Source of the DNA: Nannocystales bacterium
Lineage (GTDB): Bacteria > Myxococcota_A > Polyangia > Nannocystales > Nannocystaceae
NCBI GenBank assembly: GCA_050633305.1
Contig: JBOEGF010000010.1
Location: 160,001 to 224,000 of the forward strand
DNA length: 64,000 bases
Reading direction: 5' to 3'
Of this stretch, positions 27,657 to 37,256 are shown in pieces; positions within the stretch are counted from its first letter, which is position 1; the number at the start of each line of letters is the position of its first letter. The notes under the pieces were generated by a model. The model worked only from the letters and a program-made list of their open reading frames with translations, ran no database searches and was not told the DNA's origin. The translations under genes and the position numbers were made by a program.

Positions 27657-29447
27657 TCAGGGCTGCTCGATCGCGCCGAGGTCCCAGCCTTGTCCCGCTG
27701 GCCGTGATGTACCGGCGATGTCCGTCCTGATGTCGAGTCCGTAGAGGTCCTCGAAGAGCCCGAATACGGCGCTTTCGGTGTCGAACACATCGATCCCTGG
27801 GCTGGCCTCCGACAGCGAAAGATCTCCCGAGTCCGGGTCCGCGAACATCGGGTCTTGATCGAGGTTGCCGTCCTCGACATCCCACGACCCGGAGACCTCG
27901 ACTCCAAAGAGGATGTTGTTTCGCAGCGTCGAGTCGATCTCGCCGAGCGTGTCGATTTCGCCGCCGTGAAAGATGTTGCCCTCGACCGTGAGGCTGGAGC
28001 CATTTCCGGGTTGAAAGGCATCGAGGTTGAGCTGAGCCCCGTAGACCGAGTTGTGCACGACCCAAAACTCTCGCCCCGGGTCGTTGTTGGCTTGGAGAAA
28101 GGCGGTGCTCACGTTGTGCACGACGTTGCCGATCGCGAAGTTGAGCTCATCGGTCTCACTGCCGGAGTCGCGGATCGCCAGCCCCGAGTCATAGACGTGG
28201 TTGCCCAGCGCCCAGTGGTAGCCGGTCCAAGGACCCTCGGAGTTGTTGCTGAGGATCATGGCAGTGCTGTTGGCGCCCACGCCCTCAGACGCGAAGAAGT
28301 CGTGGATCTCGTTTCCAGAGATCACGACGTGGTAGCTGTTCTTGTTGTCGACCGAGTTCTCGTAGTTCTCGTAGAACTCGTTGCCTGCGATGTAGATGTA
28401 ATGGCTGGTTTCGTCTTGGGACCCCTGGTTGTTGCTGTTGCCGGTCTGTACCCCATCGCCTTGGAGGTGAAACAGCTCGGAGTCGATCAGCCATAGGTAG
28501 CGGTTGCTGTACTGCGGTCGCCACCCGTGCACATCGCGGTCTTGGGGGTTGCTCTCCCAAGAGCCCAGCTCGTGGAATCGCATGCGGTAGGAGAACAAAA
28601 ACTCGACACCCTGAATCGACATGGCAGAGCCGCCCGAGCTGCTGCTTCCGTCGCCTCGAATCTCTGTGTTGCGCACCGTGACGTAGCGCGAAGAGTTGAT
28701 GTTGAAGGCGCCCCATGGACGGTCGCCGCTCGGGGTATCGACGAAGCTGAGCCCATCGACCACGACATGCTCTGCGTTCGTCAGCGCGATTCGCCGGCCG
28801 ATACGGGGAGTGCCAATGCCCACGATGAAGCACGGCGCATCGACGGATCCGGTGCATGTCCACGTGTCGTCGTCCCCGATGTCGAAGTCGACGGTTCCGT
28901 ACGCCGAGTCGTCGCCGATGATGTAGAGGTGGGCACTCGTCCCGAGGTCTCCGGTGGGAAGGGTCCGACGTGGGGCGTCCACGCTGCCGTTCCCGCCGTT
29001 GCCCGCGGTACCGTCATCGCCGGCGACCGATGCGACATACACATTGTCGCCGGATCCGAGCCTGGGGAGTTCGAGCGTGATGGGGTCGTAGGGCCATCCG
29101 GGCTGAGCGTTGGGCTCGGGGAGCGTCGGCATGATGCCGGCGGGAAGGTCGTCGGTTGGATAGGGAATGCCTGGGTACCAGCCGGACGACGGCGGAGGGT
29201 CGTCGCCACCGGTCGAGCCGGTCTCGCTGCTGTTCTCGGCATCGGTCGAGCTCTCCGTGTCGGCGCCTTCTGAGCTTCCTCCGGTCGTGGCGCTTGCGGA
29301 GGTCTGGTCGTCCGTCGACGGAGATGTTCCAGGGCCTGCGGAGCCACCCGTGGAGCTGGACGCGGCGTCCTCAGTCGCGGAGCTGTCCTCCCCGCAGGCC
29401 GCGGCGAGCAGCGGAATCGAAAGCAGAGTTGCAAGACGTCGGCGCAT
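27657..29447 (-). CDS. Lipoprotein with right-handed beta-helix (pectin lyase-like) fold, possible polysaccharide-active enzyme
   Basis: Lipobox LAAC; Asn-rich coils (IAGNEFYEN, ISGNEIHD, ALGNHVYD, VVHNSVY); GDGVQ, ENSVDNK; C-terminal DPMF...SPGID...WDLGAIE. Confidence 0.82.
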   Translation of the reverse strand: MRRRLATLLSIPLLAAACGEDSSATEDAASSSTGGSAGPGTSPSTDDQTSASATTGGSSEGADTESSTDAENSSETGSTGGDDPPPSSGWYPGIPYPTDDLPAGIMPTLPEPNAQPGWPYDPITLELPRLGSGDNVYVASVAGDDGTAGNGGNGSVDAPRRTLPTGDLGTSAHLYIIGDDSAYGTVDFDIGDDDTWTCTGSVDAPCFIVGIGTPRIGRRIALTNAEHVVVDGLSFVDTPSGDRPWGAFNINSSRYVTVRNTEIRGDGSSSSGGSAMSIQGVEFLFSYRMRFHELGSWESNPQDRDVHGWRPQYSNRYLWLIDSELFHLQGDGVQTGNSNNQGSQDETSHYIYIAGNEFYENYENSVDNKNSYHVVISGNEIHDFFASEGVGANSTAMILSNNSEGPWTGYHWALGNHVYDSGLAIRDSGSETDELNFAIGNVVHNVSTAFLQANNDPGREFWVVHNSVYGAQLNLDAFQPGNGSSLTVEGNIFHGGEIDTLGEIDSTLRNNILFGVEVSGSWDVEDGNLDQDPMFADPDSGDLSLSEASPGIDVFDTESAVFGLFEDLYGLDIRTDIAGTSRPAGQGWDLGAIEQP

Positions 29448-29504
29448 GCTGGTGGAGTCGCGGTCCTGGGGCCCCGTGTCTCAGCATTGTTTGTGAGCCG
29501 GCTT

Positions 29505-32009
29505 TCATTTTCGTCCGAGGAGTTGGAACTCCCGGAATTCCACCCCGTAGCCCGGGTCACCGACCACCGTGAGCTCGACGAAGCGAGCCCGGACGTTGTC
29601 GGCACGCATGAAATGCCAGCCGTCGAAGGACGCGTTCGCCGCATCGACAACGCTGACCCAGGGGGCGCCCTCGTCGTCGCGAAGACGGACGGTCCAGGTG
29701 CGGCTGACCCACTCGTGCCGGGTGTCGCCGAACAGCCGTGCTGCGGCGAGTTCGTGCGTCGTCCCCAGGTCGAAGTTCACGGTGACCGAGGAGGCGTGGT
29801 CGGTCGCGACCGTGCAAGCCGAACGCGGCGCGAGGCAGTCATCGAATGCATGCTCGATGGGCTGGCGTTCTCGCAGCTCGACGCTCACCGAGCGGACGGT
29901 CTCCGCCAACGGGAGCACGGTGAAGGGAGGAGGTGTCGCTGTGGCGTCGCGAGCGGGGCGTTGCGGTGTCGAGGGTGGGGGGGAGAACACGAGGACCCCG
30001 GCGCCCGCGGGATGGTTCAAGGGCGTCTGCGTGCGCCAAGCCGCGTCCCGACCCGCACCACCGTATCGGTCGTTGATCTGCAGATTCACACCCCATGCTG
30101 TGCCTGGGCTTGGCCGTCGAAAACCGTCGCCCCACGGGACGAACAGCTCCACGTCGTAGCCTTCGTCGACATCCGCGGGCTGGTTGATCGTGCCCCTCAT
30201 GCGCACCGCAGATTCGATCGGAAGGGACCATGCGGTGCGCGGCGTGACACCTCCCCACGACACGCTCGTCGCGTTGATGGCGGTGACGACGAATTTGTAG
30301 TCATCCGTGCCGGGCATCGGTCCGGTGGCGCGGTCCCACCCGGTGTCGAAGAGAATCTCCACGCCGTCGTCCTCCCACAGCGGCTGATAGGGGGGCTGGG
30401 TGGCCTCGAGCTGAGGGTCGTCGACAACAGCGGCCACATAGAGGCCCCGCTCGCTGGTCCGAAACCAGACCTCGGCGTGCACGCCGAAGTCGGAGTCGAT
30501 CACGAGGGGTCGACCCAGTGTCATCTCGGCGGGGTCCCCATCGACCGCGGCGTCGGCATGCGTCGGCAATGCGAATGCGGTCGACGCCGGGTCCCACGGT
30601 TGGGTGCACCCGGAGGCGGAGCCGGCGAAGGGGCCAAACCGGAACCCGCTGTCGCAGTCCGGGGCGGGGTAGATGCATCGCCGCTGTGTCGCGTCACAGT
30701 AGCCGCCCTCGGCCAGGTTGCACGGTCGTCGGTCCTCACAGGGCCGGGGTGGTGCACCACACCCTGAGCCGCTCAAGGTCAGTCCGATCGCGAGCGCCGC
30801 AGCACGTCGACGACGTTGGACGAGCGCGACCGCCAGGGGGATCACCGCGAGTCCGATGGCCGTGGCGCACAGCAACAGTGCGAGTTCGAGTGCGTCCATC
30901 GCCTCCCGCTCCGTGGCGGCTGCGCCCACGTCGAGCCACTGCAGGGCGCCGAACGTGGCCGCGAGCGTCGCGCACGGAAGGGGGAGGACAGTCCCCCAGA
31001 GCCGGGGACGGCGCGAAAGGATCGCCCGCGGGGTCCTCGCAGTAGACAGTTGCGGCGGGAGGGGGGGTGGCTCCCCGAAGACCCGTACGAACTCGGCGGT
31101 GAGGTCGTTGCTCCGGACCCGTTGCCCGCAGTGGTCGAGGAAGTCTTCGAGCGCGTCGGCAAACTCGGCGGCGGTGTTGAAGCGGTCCTCGGGCTCGAAC
31201 TCGAGGGCTCGGAGGATGATGTCCGACAAGGCTGGCTCGAGGGACGCCAGCCGCTCGCGGGGATCGATGACATCGCCGCTGAGGATGGCGTTCATGGTCG
31301 CGGCAAAGTTGTTGCCCGCGAACGGGTGCGTCCGGGTGGTGAGTTCGTACAGCAGTGTCCCGAGCTGGAAGATGTCGCTGCGTCGGTCCAGCGGGTCTTG
31401 CCGGAGTTGCTCCGGGGACATGTAGTTGACCTTCCCCTTGAGGACGCCGGCGGAGGTGACCGAGGTTTGCATCGTCTTACGCGCGATGCCGAAGTCGAGC
31501 AGCTTGATGCCGCCGTCCGGACAGAGCATGACGTTGTCCGGCGAGAGGTCCCGGTGCACCAGGCCTACCGTCTTCCCGGCGTGGTCCTTGGCGCTGTGTA
31601 CGTAGTCCGTGGCTCGGGCGACCCGGGCCACGAGCTGTGCTCCGAGAACATGGGATTCGGGCGGCTCCTCGCGCCACGCGGTGAGCAAGGCCGCGGCACT
31701 GTGGCCGCGGATGTACTCCATCACCAGGACGTCGCGCGCCCCGTCGTGCACCAGCTCGAAAGCACGGGCCACACTCGCGTGGTCCAGGCGCAGCAAGACC
31801 GCCGCTTCCTCTCGGAACATCGAGCAGATGTCTTCGTCTGCTTGGAGTTCGGGTCGCAGGACCTTGAGCGCAACAACGCGCGAGGCCGACTCTCCCGATA
31901 CACGCGCGAGGTAGACCTCTCCCATGCCTCCTCGGGCGAGGCCGCGAAGGACTTCGTATCGACCCACGAGGGCGCCGACCGCCAATGAGAAGTGCGTTGT
32001 CTGGCTCAT
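29505..32009 (-). CDS. Ser/Thr protein kinase with three hydrophobic segments, Cys-rich linker, CBM9-like sugar-binding and discoidin-like C-terminal domains
   Basis: LARGGMGEVY, HRDLSPDN, DFGIA, GKVNYMSPEQ; VDGD...LYVAAVVDD...WEDDGVEILFD...GYDVELFVPW...GVNLQIND (CBM9-like); AFDD...FDLG...ARFVEL...EFQLLG (F5/8-like). Confidence 0.88.
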   Translation of the reverse strand: MSQTTHFSLAVGALVGRYEVLRGLARGGMGEVYLARVSGESASRVVALKVLRPELQADEDICSMFREEAAVLLRLDHASVARAFELVHDGARDVLVMEYIRGHSAAALLTAWREEPPESHVLGAQLVARVARATDYVHSAKDHAGKTVGLVHRDLSPDNVMLCPDGGIKLLDFGIARKTMQTSVTSAGVLKGKVNYMSPEQLRQDPLDRRSDIFQLGTLLYELTTRTHPFAGNNFAATMNAILSGDVIDPRERLASLEPALSDIILRALEFEPEDRFNTAAEFADALEDFLDHCGQRVRSNDLTAEFVRVFGEPPPLPPQLSTARTPRAILSRRPRLWGTVLPLPCATLAATFGALQWLDVGAAATEREAMDALELALLLCATAIGLAVIPLAVALVQRRRRAAALAIGLTLSGSGCGAPPRPCEDRRPCNLAEGGYCDATQRRCIYPAPDCDSGFRFGPFAGSASGCTQPWDPASTAFALPTHADAAVDGDPAEMTLGRPLVIDSDFGVHAEVWFRTSERGLYVAAVVDDPQLEATQPPYQPLWEDDGVEILFDTGWDRATGPMPGTDDYKFVVTAINATSVSWGGVTPRTAWSLPIESAVRMRGTINQPADVDEGYDVELFVPWGDGFRRPSPGTAWGVNLQINDRYGGAGRDAAWRTQTPLNHPAGAGVLVFSPPPSTPQRPARDATATPPPFTVLPLAETVRSVSVELRERQPIEHAFDDCLAPRSACTVATDHASSVTVNFDLGTTHELAAARLFGDTRHEWVSRTWTVRLRDDEGAPWVSVVDAANASFDGWHFMRADNVRARFVELTVVGDPGYGVEFREFQLLGRK

Positions 32010-32608
32010 GTTCGAGCGGGCAGGCTGCGGAGCCAGGACTCCACGTCAGCGACGGGGGCTGGCTTGGCCTTGGGTTGAAGTTCGACGAGCCGCTTCTCCA
32101 GGCGCGTGCGTGCGCGTGAGAGACGAGTGGTGACGGTGCTCTGGGGAATCCGCAGCACGTCGGCGATCTCGCGCGAGTCGAGGCCTTCCCAGTAGTGGAG
32201 CTCGATTGCGATACGCTGGTCCACGGGCATGGACTCGAGCGCACGCAGGATGAGGACCTGCTCTTCGCGCTGCGCGATGAGGCCGGTCGGTGTCGTCGCG
32301 GTTGCTCCTGGCCGGGTTGTGTATGACTCGATCGGAGCCTGCTGGCCCTGCGCCCGCAGATGCCGGAGCAGGATGTGCCGCGCGACCCCGAACAAGAACG
32401 CGCGAAAACTAGATGCCTTTTCCAGCCGATCGGCGACCTCGAGGCAGGCCAGGAAGGTCTGCTGCGTAAGGTCCGGCGCGTCCCCGGGAAGCTTGACGGC
32501 GAAGAACCGCTCGATCGCGGGGTAGTGGCGCTGCATGAGCTGCTCTCGGGCAGCGTCGTCGCCGCTCCTCCATCGCCCGACCAGCTCGCGGTCGCTCGGT
32601 CCCGCCAC
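32006..32608 (-). CDS. ECF RNA polymerase sigma-70 factor
   Basis: SDRELVGRWRSGD, DLTQQTFL, SFRAFLFGVAR, IELHYWEG...EIADVL.IP..TVTTRLSRAR; ATGA overlap with the kinase start. Confidence 0.93.
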   Translation of the reverse strand: MAGPSDRELVGRWRSGDDAAREQLMQRHYPAIERFFAVKLPGDAPDLTQQTFLACLEVADRLEKASSFRAFLFGVARHILLRHLRAQGQQAPIESYTTRPGATATTPTGLIAQREEQVLILRALESMPVDQRIAIELHYWEGLDSREIADVLRIPQSTVTTRLSRARTRLEKRLVELQPKAKPAPVADVESWLRSLPART

Positions 32609-32749
32609 CGCTGCGAGTATACGAGCTACGCGGCGGTCGACACCTTGGTCACGGCAGATTGTTGTCGTTGCACCCGGCGCGGAAGGCTGCCGCCGAGTCC
32701 ATCTGGTCCACGTGACGGCGTAGTAGGGGCGCGAGGCCGTGCAACCGGG

Positions 32750-33877
32750 TCATGGCTCGGTCTCGGTCTCGGGCTCGGGTACGGACCACCGTTGCACGCT
32801 CGTCCCGATCGACACGGGCATGAACGTGCCGTCCATCGCTCGAATCCTGAACTTGTTGCTGGCCGGGGTGAGGTTCGTCTTCGTCCACGTTTGTCCTCCG
32901 TCGCCGGTGGCAAAACCACCGACCATGGTTCCCACCCATCCCGTGTTCTCGTCCAGGAACCCGATGCCAAACTCGCGGGCTTTTGCGTCGGTGACCAGCG
33001 CAAGCTCCGTCCAGGTCTCACCGCCGTCCGTGGTCTTGACGACGACCTGCTGTGCACGCTCGGGGTCGTAACTCTGCACCGTGGCATATCCGACTCGTGC
33101 CGAAGGGAACGACGCTTTCCACGTGTTTTCCCCCGCTCGTCCCGACTGGTACGCCGCGGTCCAGGTTGCGCCGCCATCTCGGGTCTTGAGGATGCGGGCC
33201 CCCTCGTTCTCGGCCCCGGTGGGGGCGGCGGCGAAGACAAACCCGACGTTGCTGTCGATGAACTTCACGTCGAGGATCATCCCCGCGTCCTTCGACATGT
33301 CGATGACGGTCCAGTGCTCGCCACCGTCGACCGAGCGGGCGAGCGAGGCCGGTCCCCCGACGCGTCCCGCGGCGTGCACGAGCGTGCGCGGCTCGAGGAC
33401 GCCTTGGTGGATGTGTTCGGTCTGCACGATGTCGATCGAGCAGATGCCCTTGATGAACGCTCCACCGAGGTCGACCGGAGACCAACTCGTCCCCCCGTCG
33501 TGTGTCTCGTACAGCGGCACTTCGTCCGTCACGCCCGGGTAGTATTCGGTGCCCACGTTTCCGAGCCAGCCGTGCTGGGCGTCCACGAAGCCGATGGAGC
33601 GGATGAAGGTGCCAGGCTGCGACCAGATCTTGGACCACGACTCGCCGCCGTCGGTTGTCCGGAAAAGGTCTCCTTTGCCGGTCCCGTAGAATCCAACGTC
33701 CGCGGAGACAAAAACGATGTCGTCCCGCTTTCCCTTGTAGGGCTCGGTACTGAGGGTCTGCCAGTGGTCTCCCGGTGGTGGCCCAGGGGGGACCGTCGGT
33801 GCTGAGGAGCGGCAGGCCGATGTCGCGAGGACGCAGAGCGCTGCACAGAGAACCGTCCGGCGGAGTGTCGAAGCCAT
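32750..33877 (-). CDS. Ycf48-like / BNR-repeat beta-propeller lipoprotein
   Basis: Repeated TxDGGxTW Asp-box motifs; signal ending TSAC. Confidence 0.88.
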   Translation of the reverse strand: MASTLRRTVLCAALCVLATSACRSSAPTVPPGPPPGDHWQTLSTEPYKGKRDDIVFVSADVGFYGTGKGDLFRTTDGGESWSKIWSQPGTFIRSIGFVDAQHGWLGNVGTEYYPGVTDEVPLYETHDGGTSWSPVDLGGAFIKGICSIDIVQTEHIHQGVLEPRTLVHAAGRVGGPASLARSVDGGEHWTVIDMSKDAGMILDVKFIDSNVGFVFAAAPTGAENEGARILKTRDGGATWTAAYQSGRAGENTWKASFPSARVGYATVQSYDPERAQQVVVKTTDGGETWTELALVTDAKAREFGIGFLDENTGWVGTMVGGFATGDGGQTWTKTNLTPASNKFRIRAMDGTFMPVSIGTSVQRWSVPEPETETEP

Positions 33878-34382
33878 GAAGTGAGAACGATGGGACCACG
33901 CACTCGAGCGTCCCGTCGACGGACCCCAGGCTCGCTCCGCTCACGGTGACCGAAACGAAAGTTTGAAACCCGAAGACCATGGGCTCGGCTCGTGTCCTTG
34001 GTTCAGAGCATTCGGCGAGCGATGCGCGCTGCGCGCAGGGGCAGGCTGCGCAGTGGCTGAATCGCGCCCGACACCGGTGGACGCCGGATTGCTCGCCCGT
34101 CATTGTTGCCTCCGGATGCTTCCCCGGAGTCGAGTGGAAGTCCGGCGCGAGATCGATGGGCATCGCTCGTCCGGGTCCGGGGTGACGTGCTTGCCCGGTG
34201 TTGTCACGCTCTCAGAGGCTCGCCTTCGCTTCGCCCGGTCACCGCGTCGAGATCGAGAACCGAGACGATGGTGGGCCCATCTCCGAGACGTCGACTACCG
34301 CGTGGTCTCTGACGAAGCCAGGTGTTCGATGTACCCTGCACCGTTGGCGCACCTTGCGTCTTGGATTTTGATGGGACCTGAA

Positions 34383-35960
34383 ATGTCGAATCGTACAGTC
34401 GTGATCGGGGGATGGAGCGGTATCGGCCTGGCGTTACTCGCCGCCGGTTGTTTCTCTCCTGAAGGAGGGGTGGACGGGGCGACCGACACCGACGTGGGCT
34501 CGAGCTCAGGAACGCTCGGGACAACCTCCGCGGGCTCCACCGCAGAGGCCGGCACCACGGGCGACACGACGGATTCCCCGACCACCGTCGCGGACTCGTC
34601 GACGGGCCCCGCCGTGTCTGGCGAGGTTCGTGCCGTCCATGCCGCGCTCGGAGCAGGTGCCGTCGACATCTACCTCGCAGGCGAGGCTACGCCGGCTTTC
34701 GCGGGACTCGAGTTCACCGACGCCAGTGACTGGCTGGATGTCCCGACCGGAACGTGGACCTTCGAGTTTCGTCCTGCAGGGGCTCCCTCGGACTCCGAAC
34801 CGGTCTACCTCAGCGAGCCCGTGACCGTGACCGACGACACCCGCGCCACCGCCATCGCGTCCGGCGAACTCGGCTCCGAGGATGAAGCCGCCGCGTTTCG
34901 TCTCGTCCTGCTCGAAGAGGATTGGGGCGCGGCGCTTGCCGGTCGGGCGCGAGGCCGCGTTGTGCATGTGGGGCCGGACGCGCCCACGCTGGGGTTCGAG
35001 GGCATCGAGCTGGAGGAGACCGTGGCTCGGTTCGGGTCCTCCGACCCGGAGGGCTTCGGCATCGAAGCCGACGGCGTGACGCGGCTCGAGCTGCTCGACA
35101 GCGAGAGTCGTGACGCCGAGCTGACCAGCTTCAGCGTGCAACCCATCGCGGAGGGCGACGAAGTTCTACTCGTGGCCACGGGTCGGCTCGGTTCCCTGGC
35201 ACGGGGCCCTGACGGCTTCGTCGTCATCGCGGTCGGCCGCGACGGGTCCCTGGGCGTTGTCCGGCAGGATCCAGAGCTGTTCGTGCTGCACGGGTCGAAT
35301 GACGCGGGCGCGCTGGAGGCTTGTTTCGGAGAGTTCGAGCTCGCGGCCAACCTGGCCTACGGAGACCTTCAGTCAACCCGGGTCTGGCCGGGCGACTACG
35401 ACATCGGCATCTACGATTACCCCAGTGGATGCAACGGTACGGCGCTCAACACCAGCGGCAGCGGTCCCCTCGAAGCCGGTGGTCGTTACCTGGTCTTGCT
35501 GACCGGAGAGGTGACGCCCGATGCCGGAGAGGCTGGCTTGCAGGTCGAGACGCTCGAAGACACATTCACCGTGGATGACGAGCCTGACGCGCGGCTCAAG
35601 TTCGTCCATGGCGCATCGTTCTCGCAGATCTACGTGGGGTCGGTCGTGGACGATCAAATCGTGGATATCAACGTCTACACCGACGCGATCAGCTGGACCG
35701 ACGAGAGCGACGAGGTCACGCTCATGCCGGCCCAATACGAGTTTGGCATTGCGGACGCCTTCGGAAAGCCGGCGCCGCCGTATGTGCCGCTGGCGACCGC
35801 CTCCCTCACCATCGGTGCGGGGGCTCGTCAGTGGGTGATCGTGGCTGGAGACCCGCTCCCCGAAGCAGGGGACGGAGGGCCGCTCGCTCTGGTCGTCGAC
35901 ACGACGGCCGCACAATGGACCGTCGCATCCCAACCCTTGGTGCCGCTCAGCCCTCCGTGA
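34383..35960 (+). CDS. DUF4397-domain lipoprotein
   Basis: Lipobox AAGC; repeated VRAVHA...AVDIY, RVVHVGPDAP, VLHGS, KFVHGA modules. Confidence 0.85.
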   Translation: MSNRTVVIGGWSGIGLALLAAGCFSPEGGVDGATDTDVGSSSGTLGTTSAGSTAEAGTTGDTTDSPTTVADSSTGPAVSGEVRAVHAALGAGAVDIYLAGEATPAFAGLEFTDASDWLDVPTGTWTFEFRPAGAPSDSEPVYLSEPVTVTDDTRATAIASGELGSEDEAAAFRLVLLEEDWGAALAGRARGRVVHVGPDAPTLGFEGIELEETVARFGSSDPEGFGIEADGVTRLELLDSESRDAELTSFSVQPIAEGDEVLLVATGRLGSLARGPDGFVVIAVGRDGSLGVVRQDPELFVLHGSNDAGALEACFGEFELAANLAYGDLQSTRVWPGDYDIGIYDYPSGCNGTALNTSGSGPLEAGGRYLVLLTGEVTPDAGEAGLQVETLEDTFTVDDEPDARLKFVHGASFSQIYVGSVVDDQIVDINVYTDAISWTDESDEVTLMPAQYEFGIADAFGKPAPPYVPLATASLTIGAGARQWVIVAGDPLPEAGDGGPLALVVDTTAAQWTVASQPLVPLSPP

Positions 35961-35972
35961 CCGGTCGTGCGG

Positions 35973-37211
35973 CTACGAGCCCGCGGCGGTCTCGAGGAAC
36001 GCCTGCGCTTGCGCAGCGTCGGGCCAGTGACACTCGCCCTTCTGGTCGAGCACGGTTTCCCACTTGAAGTAGCCGGGGATCCGGCCGGGCACGCCCGGGT
36101 TGCGGGCCCAGTACCAAAGCTTGGCTTCCCGCATGTCCGCCGGGAATGGGTCGTCGGCTTCGGAGTAGTCGTTGACCCACATGTAAAAACGCGGAGCCTT
36201 GTCCCCCGCGGTTGCCTGGGTCAGTGCGTCGGTCGCCGTGGGGATCCAGGCCTGCAACGCTGCGTAGGACTTCTCGGCGCACTCGAGCGCGGCATCGGTC
36301 GCCGTGGCGACGGCTGCTGACCCCTCGAAAACCTCGCCCTCGTGGGGGTAGAAGCCCCACAGGATCTCCTCGGGGTACTTGGCCGGCGTCGAGCCGCGGT
36401 GCGGCCAGTACTCCGCACCTGCCAGAATAAAACCGCCGTGGTGAAACGTGCTCATCTCGCCGTGGGGGACCGGCCGGCTGCCTGGACCGTCTGGAACGAG
36501 GGAGGCGTAGTCGACTCGAGCCACCACGCCGTCGCTCCCCACCGTGATGAGCTCGGAGGTGGTGAGGTCGAACGCAATGCGGCTGGCTTCGAGCTTGGTG
36601 TTGCTGAGCGGAGCGTCTTTCCCGGAGGGCAGCATGCGGGCGAGGCCCGAAGGTTGCAGCACCACAAGCGCGCCGATGTCGTCGACGGTCATGTCGAGGA
36701 CGTTCAGACCCTCCCGGACTGTGCCGACTTTACCGTCGGTCAGCGACACCTTGCTGACGCCTTGGGGGGTGCCGACGAAGAGTGTTCCGCCGACGCGGAC
36801 GAGGGCGCGAGCGTCCTGGAGAGCGACGTCGGTCACGAGAGGAACGAGAGCACCGCCCTCGGCTCGGTGGATCGAACCCTTGCTGCCATCGAGTAGGAAA
36901 GCAGATGCTCCGTACCCAGCCGCCACGTCGGTCCCGACGACATCGCCCAAGGAGATGTCTTGGTCTCCTTGGCGCAATGTGTCTGCCGTGAGCACCCAAG
37001 CGTGTGTTTGGCTGAGGGCGACCGCGATGGCACCGTCGTCGCAGGCCTCGAGCGGGGCGGGTGTTGCTTCACGCAGATTGAGCGTGGCGGCAGCCACGTC
37101 GGCGCACGCTGCTGGTCGCGTCTCCGCAATCGGGGCTTGGACCTCTGTCGGTGTATCCGTGCGGGTCGAGCAAGACACGAGGACGGCGGTAGCCAGGACA
37201 AAACGACGCAT
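35973..37211 (-). CDS. Lipoprotein with beta-propeller-like N-terminal region and aromatic-rich C-terminal domain, function unknown
   Basis: ATG 37211 MRRFVLATAVLVSC; the ORF-track extension upstream is antisense to the MBL gene. Confidence 0.75.
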   Translation of the reverse strand: MRRFVLATAVLVSCSTRTDTPTEVQAPIAETRPAACADVAAATLNLREATPAPLEACDDGAIAVALSQTHAWVLTADTLRQGDQDISLGDVVGTDVAAGYGASAFLLDGSKGSIHRAEGGALVPLVTDVALQDARALVRVGGTLFVGTPQGVSKVSLTDGKVGTVREGLNVLDMTVDDIGALVVLQPSGLARMLPSGKDAPLSNTKLEASRIAFDLTTSELITVGSDGVVARVDYASLVPDGPGSRPVPHGEMSTFHHGGFILAGAEYWPHRGSTPAKYPEEILWGFYPHEGEVFEGSAAVATATDAALECAEKSYAALQAWIPTATDALTQATAGDKAPRFYMWVNDYSEADDPFPADMREAKLWYWARNPGVPGRIPGYFKWETVLDQKGECHWPDAAQAQAFLETAAGS

Positions 37212-37256
37212 CCGCTGGATGTACCACGGGCACGTCTGGGCGTACCCTGCGGGACG

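Noticed and set aside
33878..34382. About 500-bp divergent intergenic region as ncRNA or small gene
   Set aside because: No recognisable RNA motif, convincing ORF or strong palindrome by eye; an Rfam scan would be needed.
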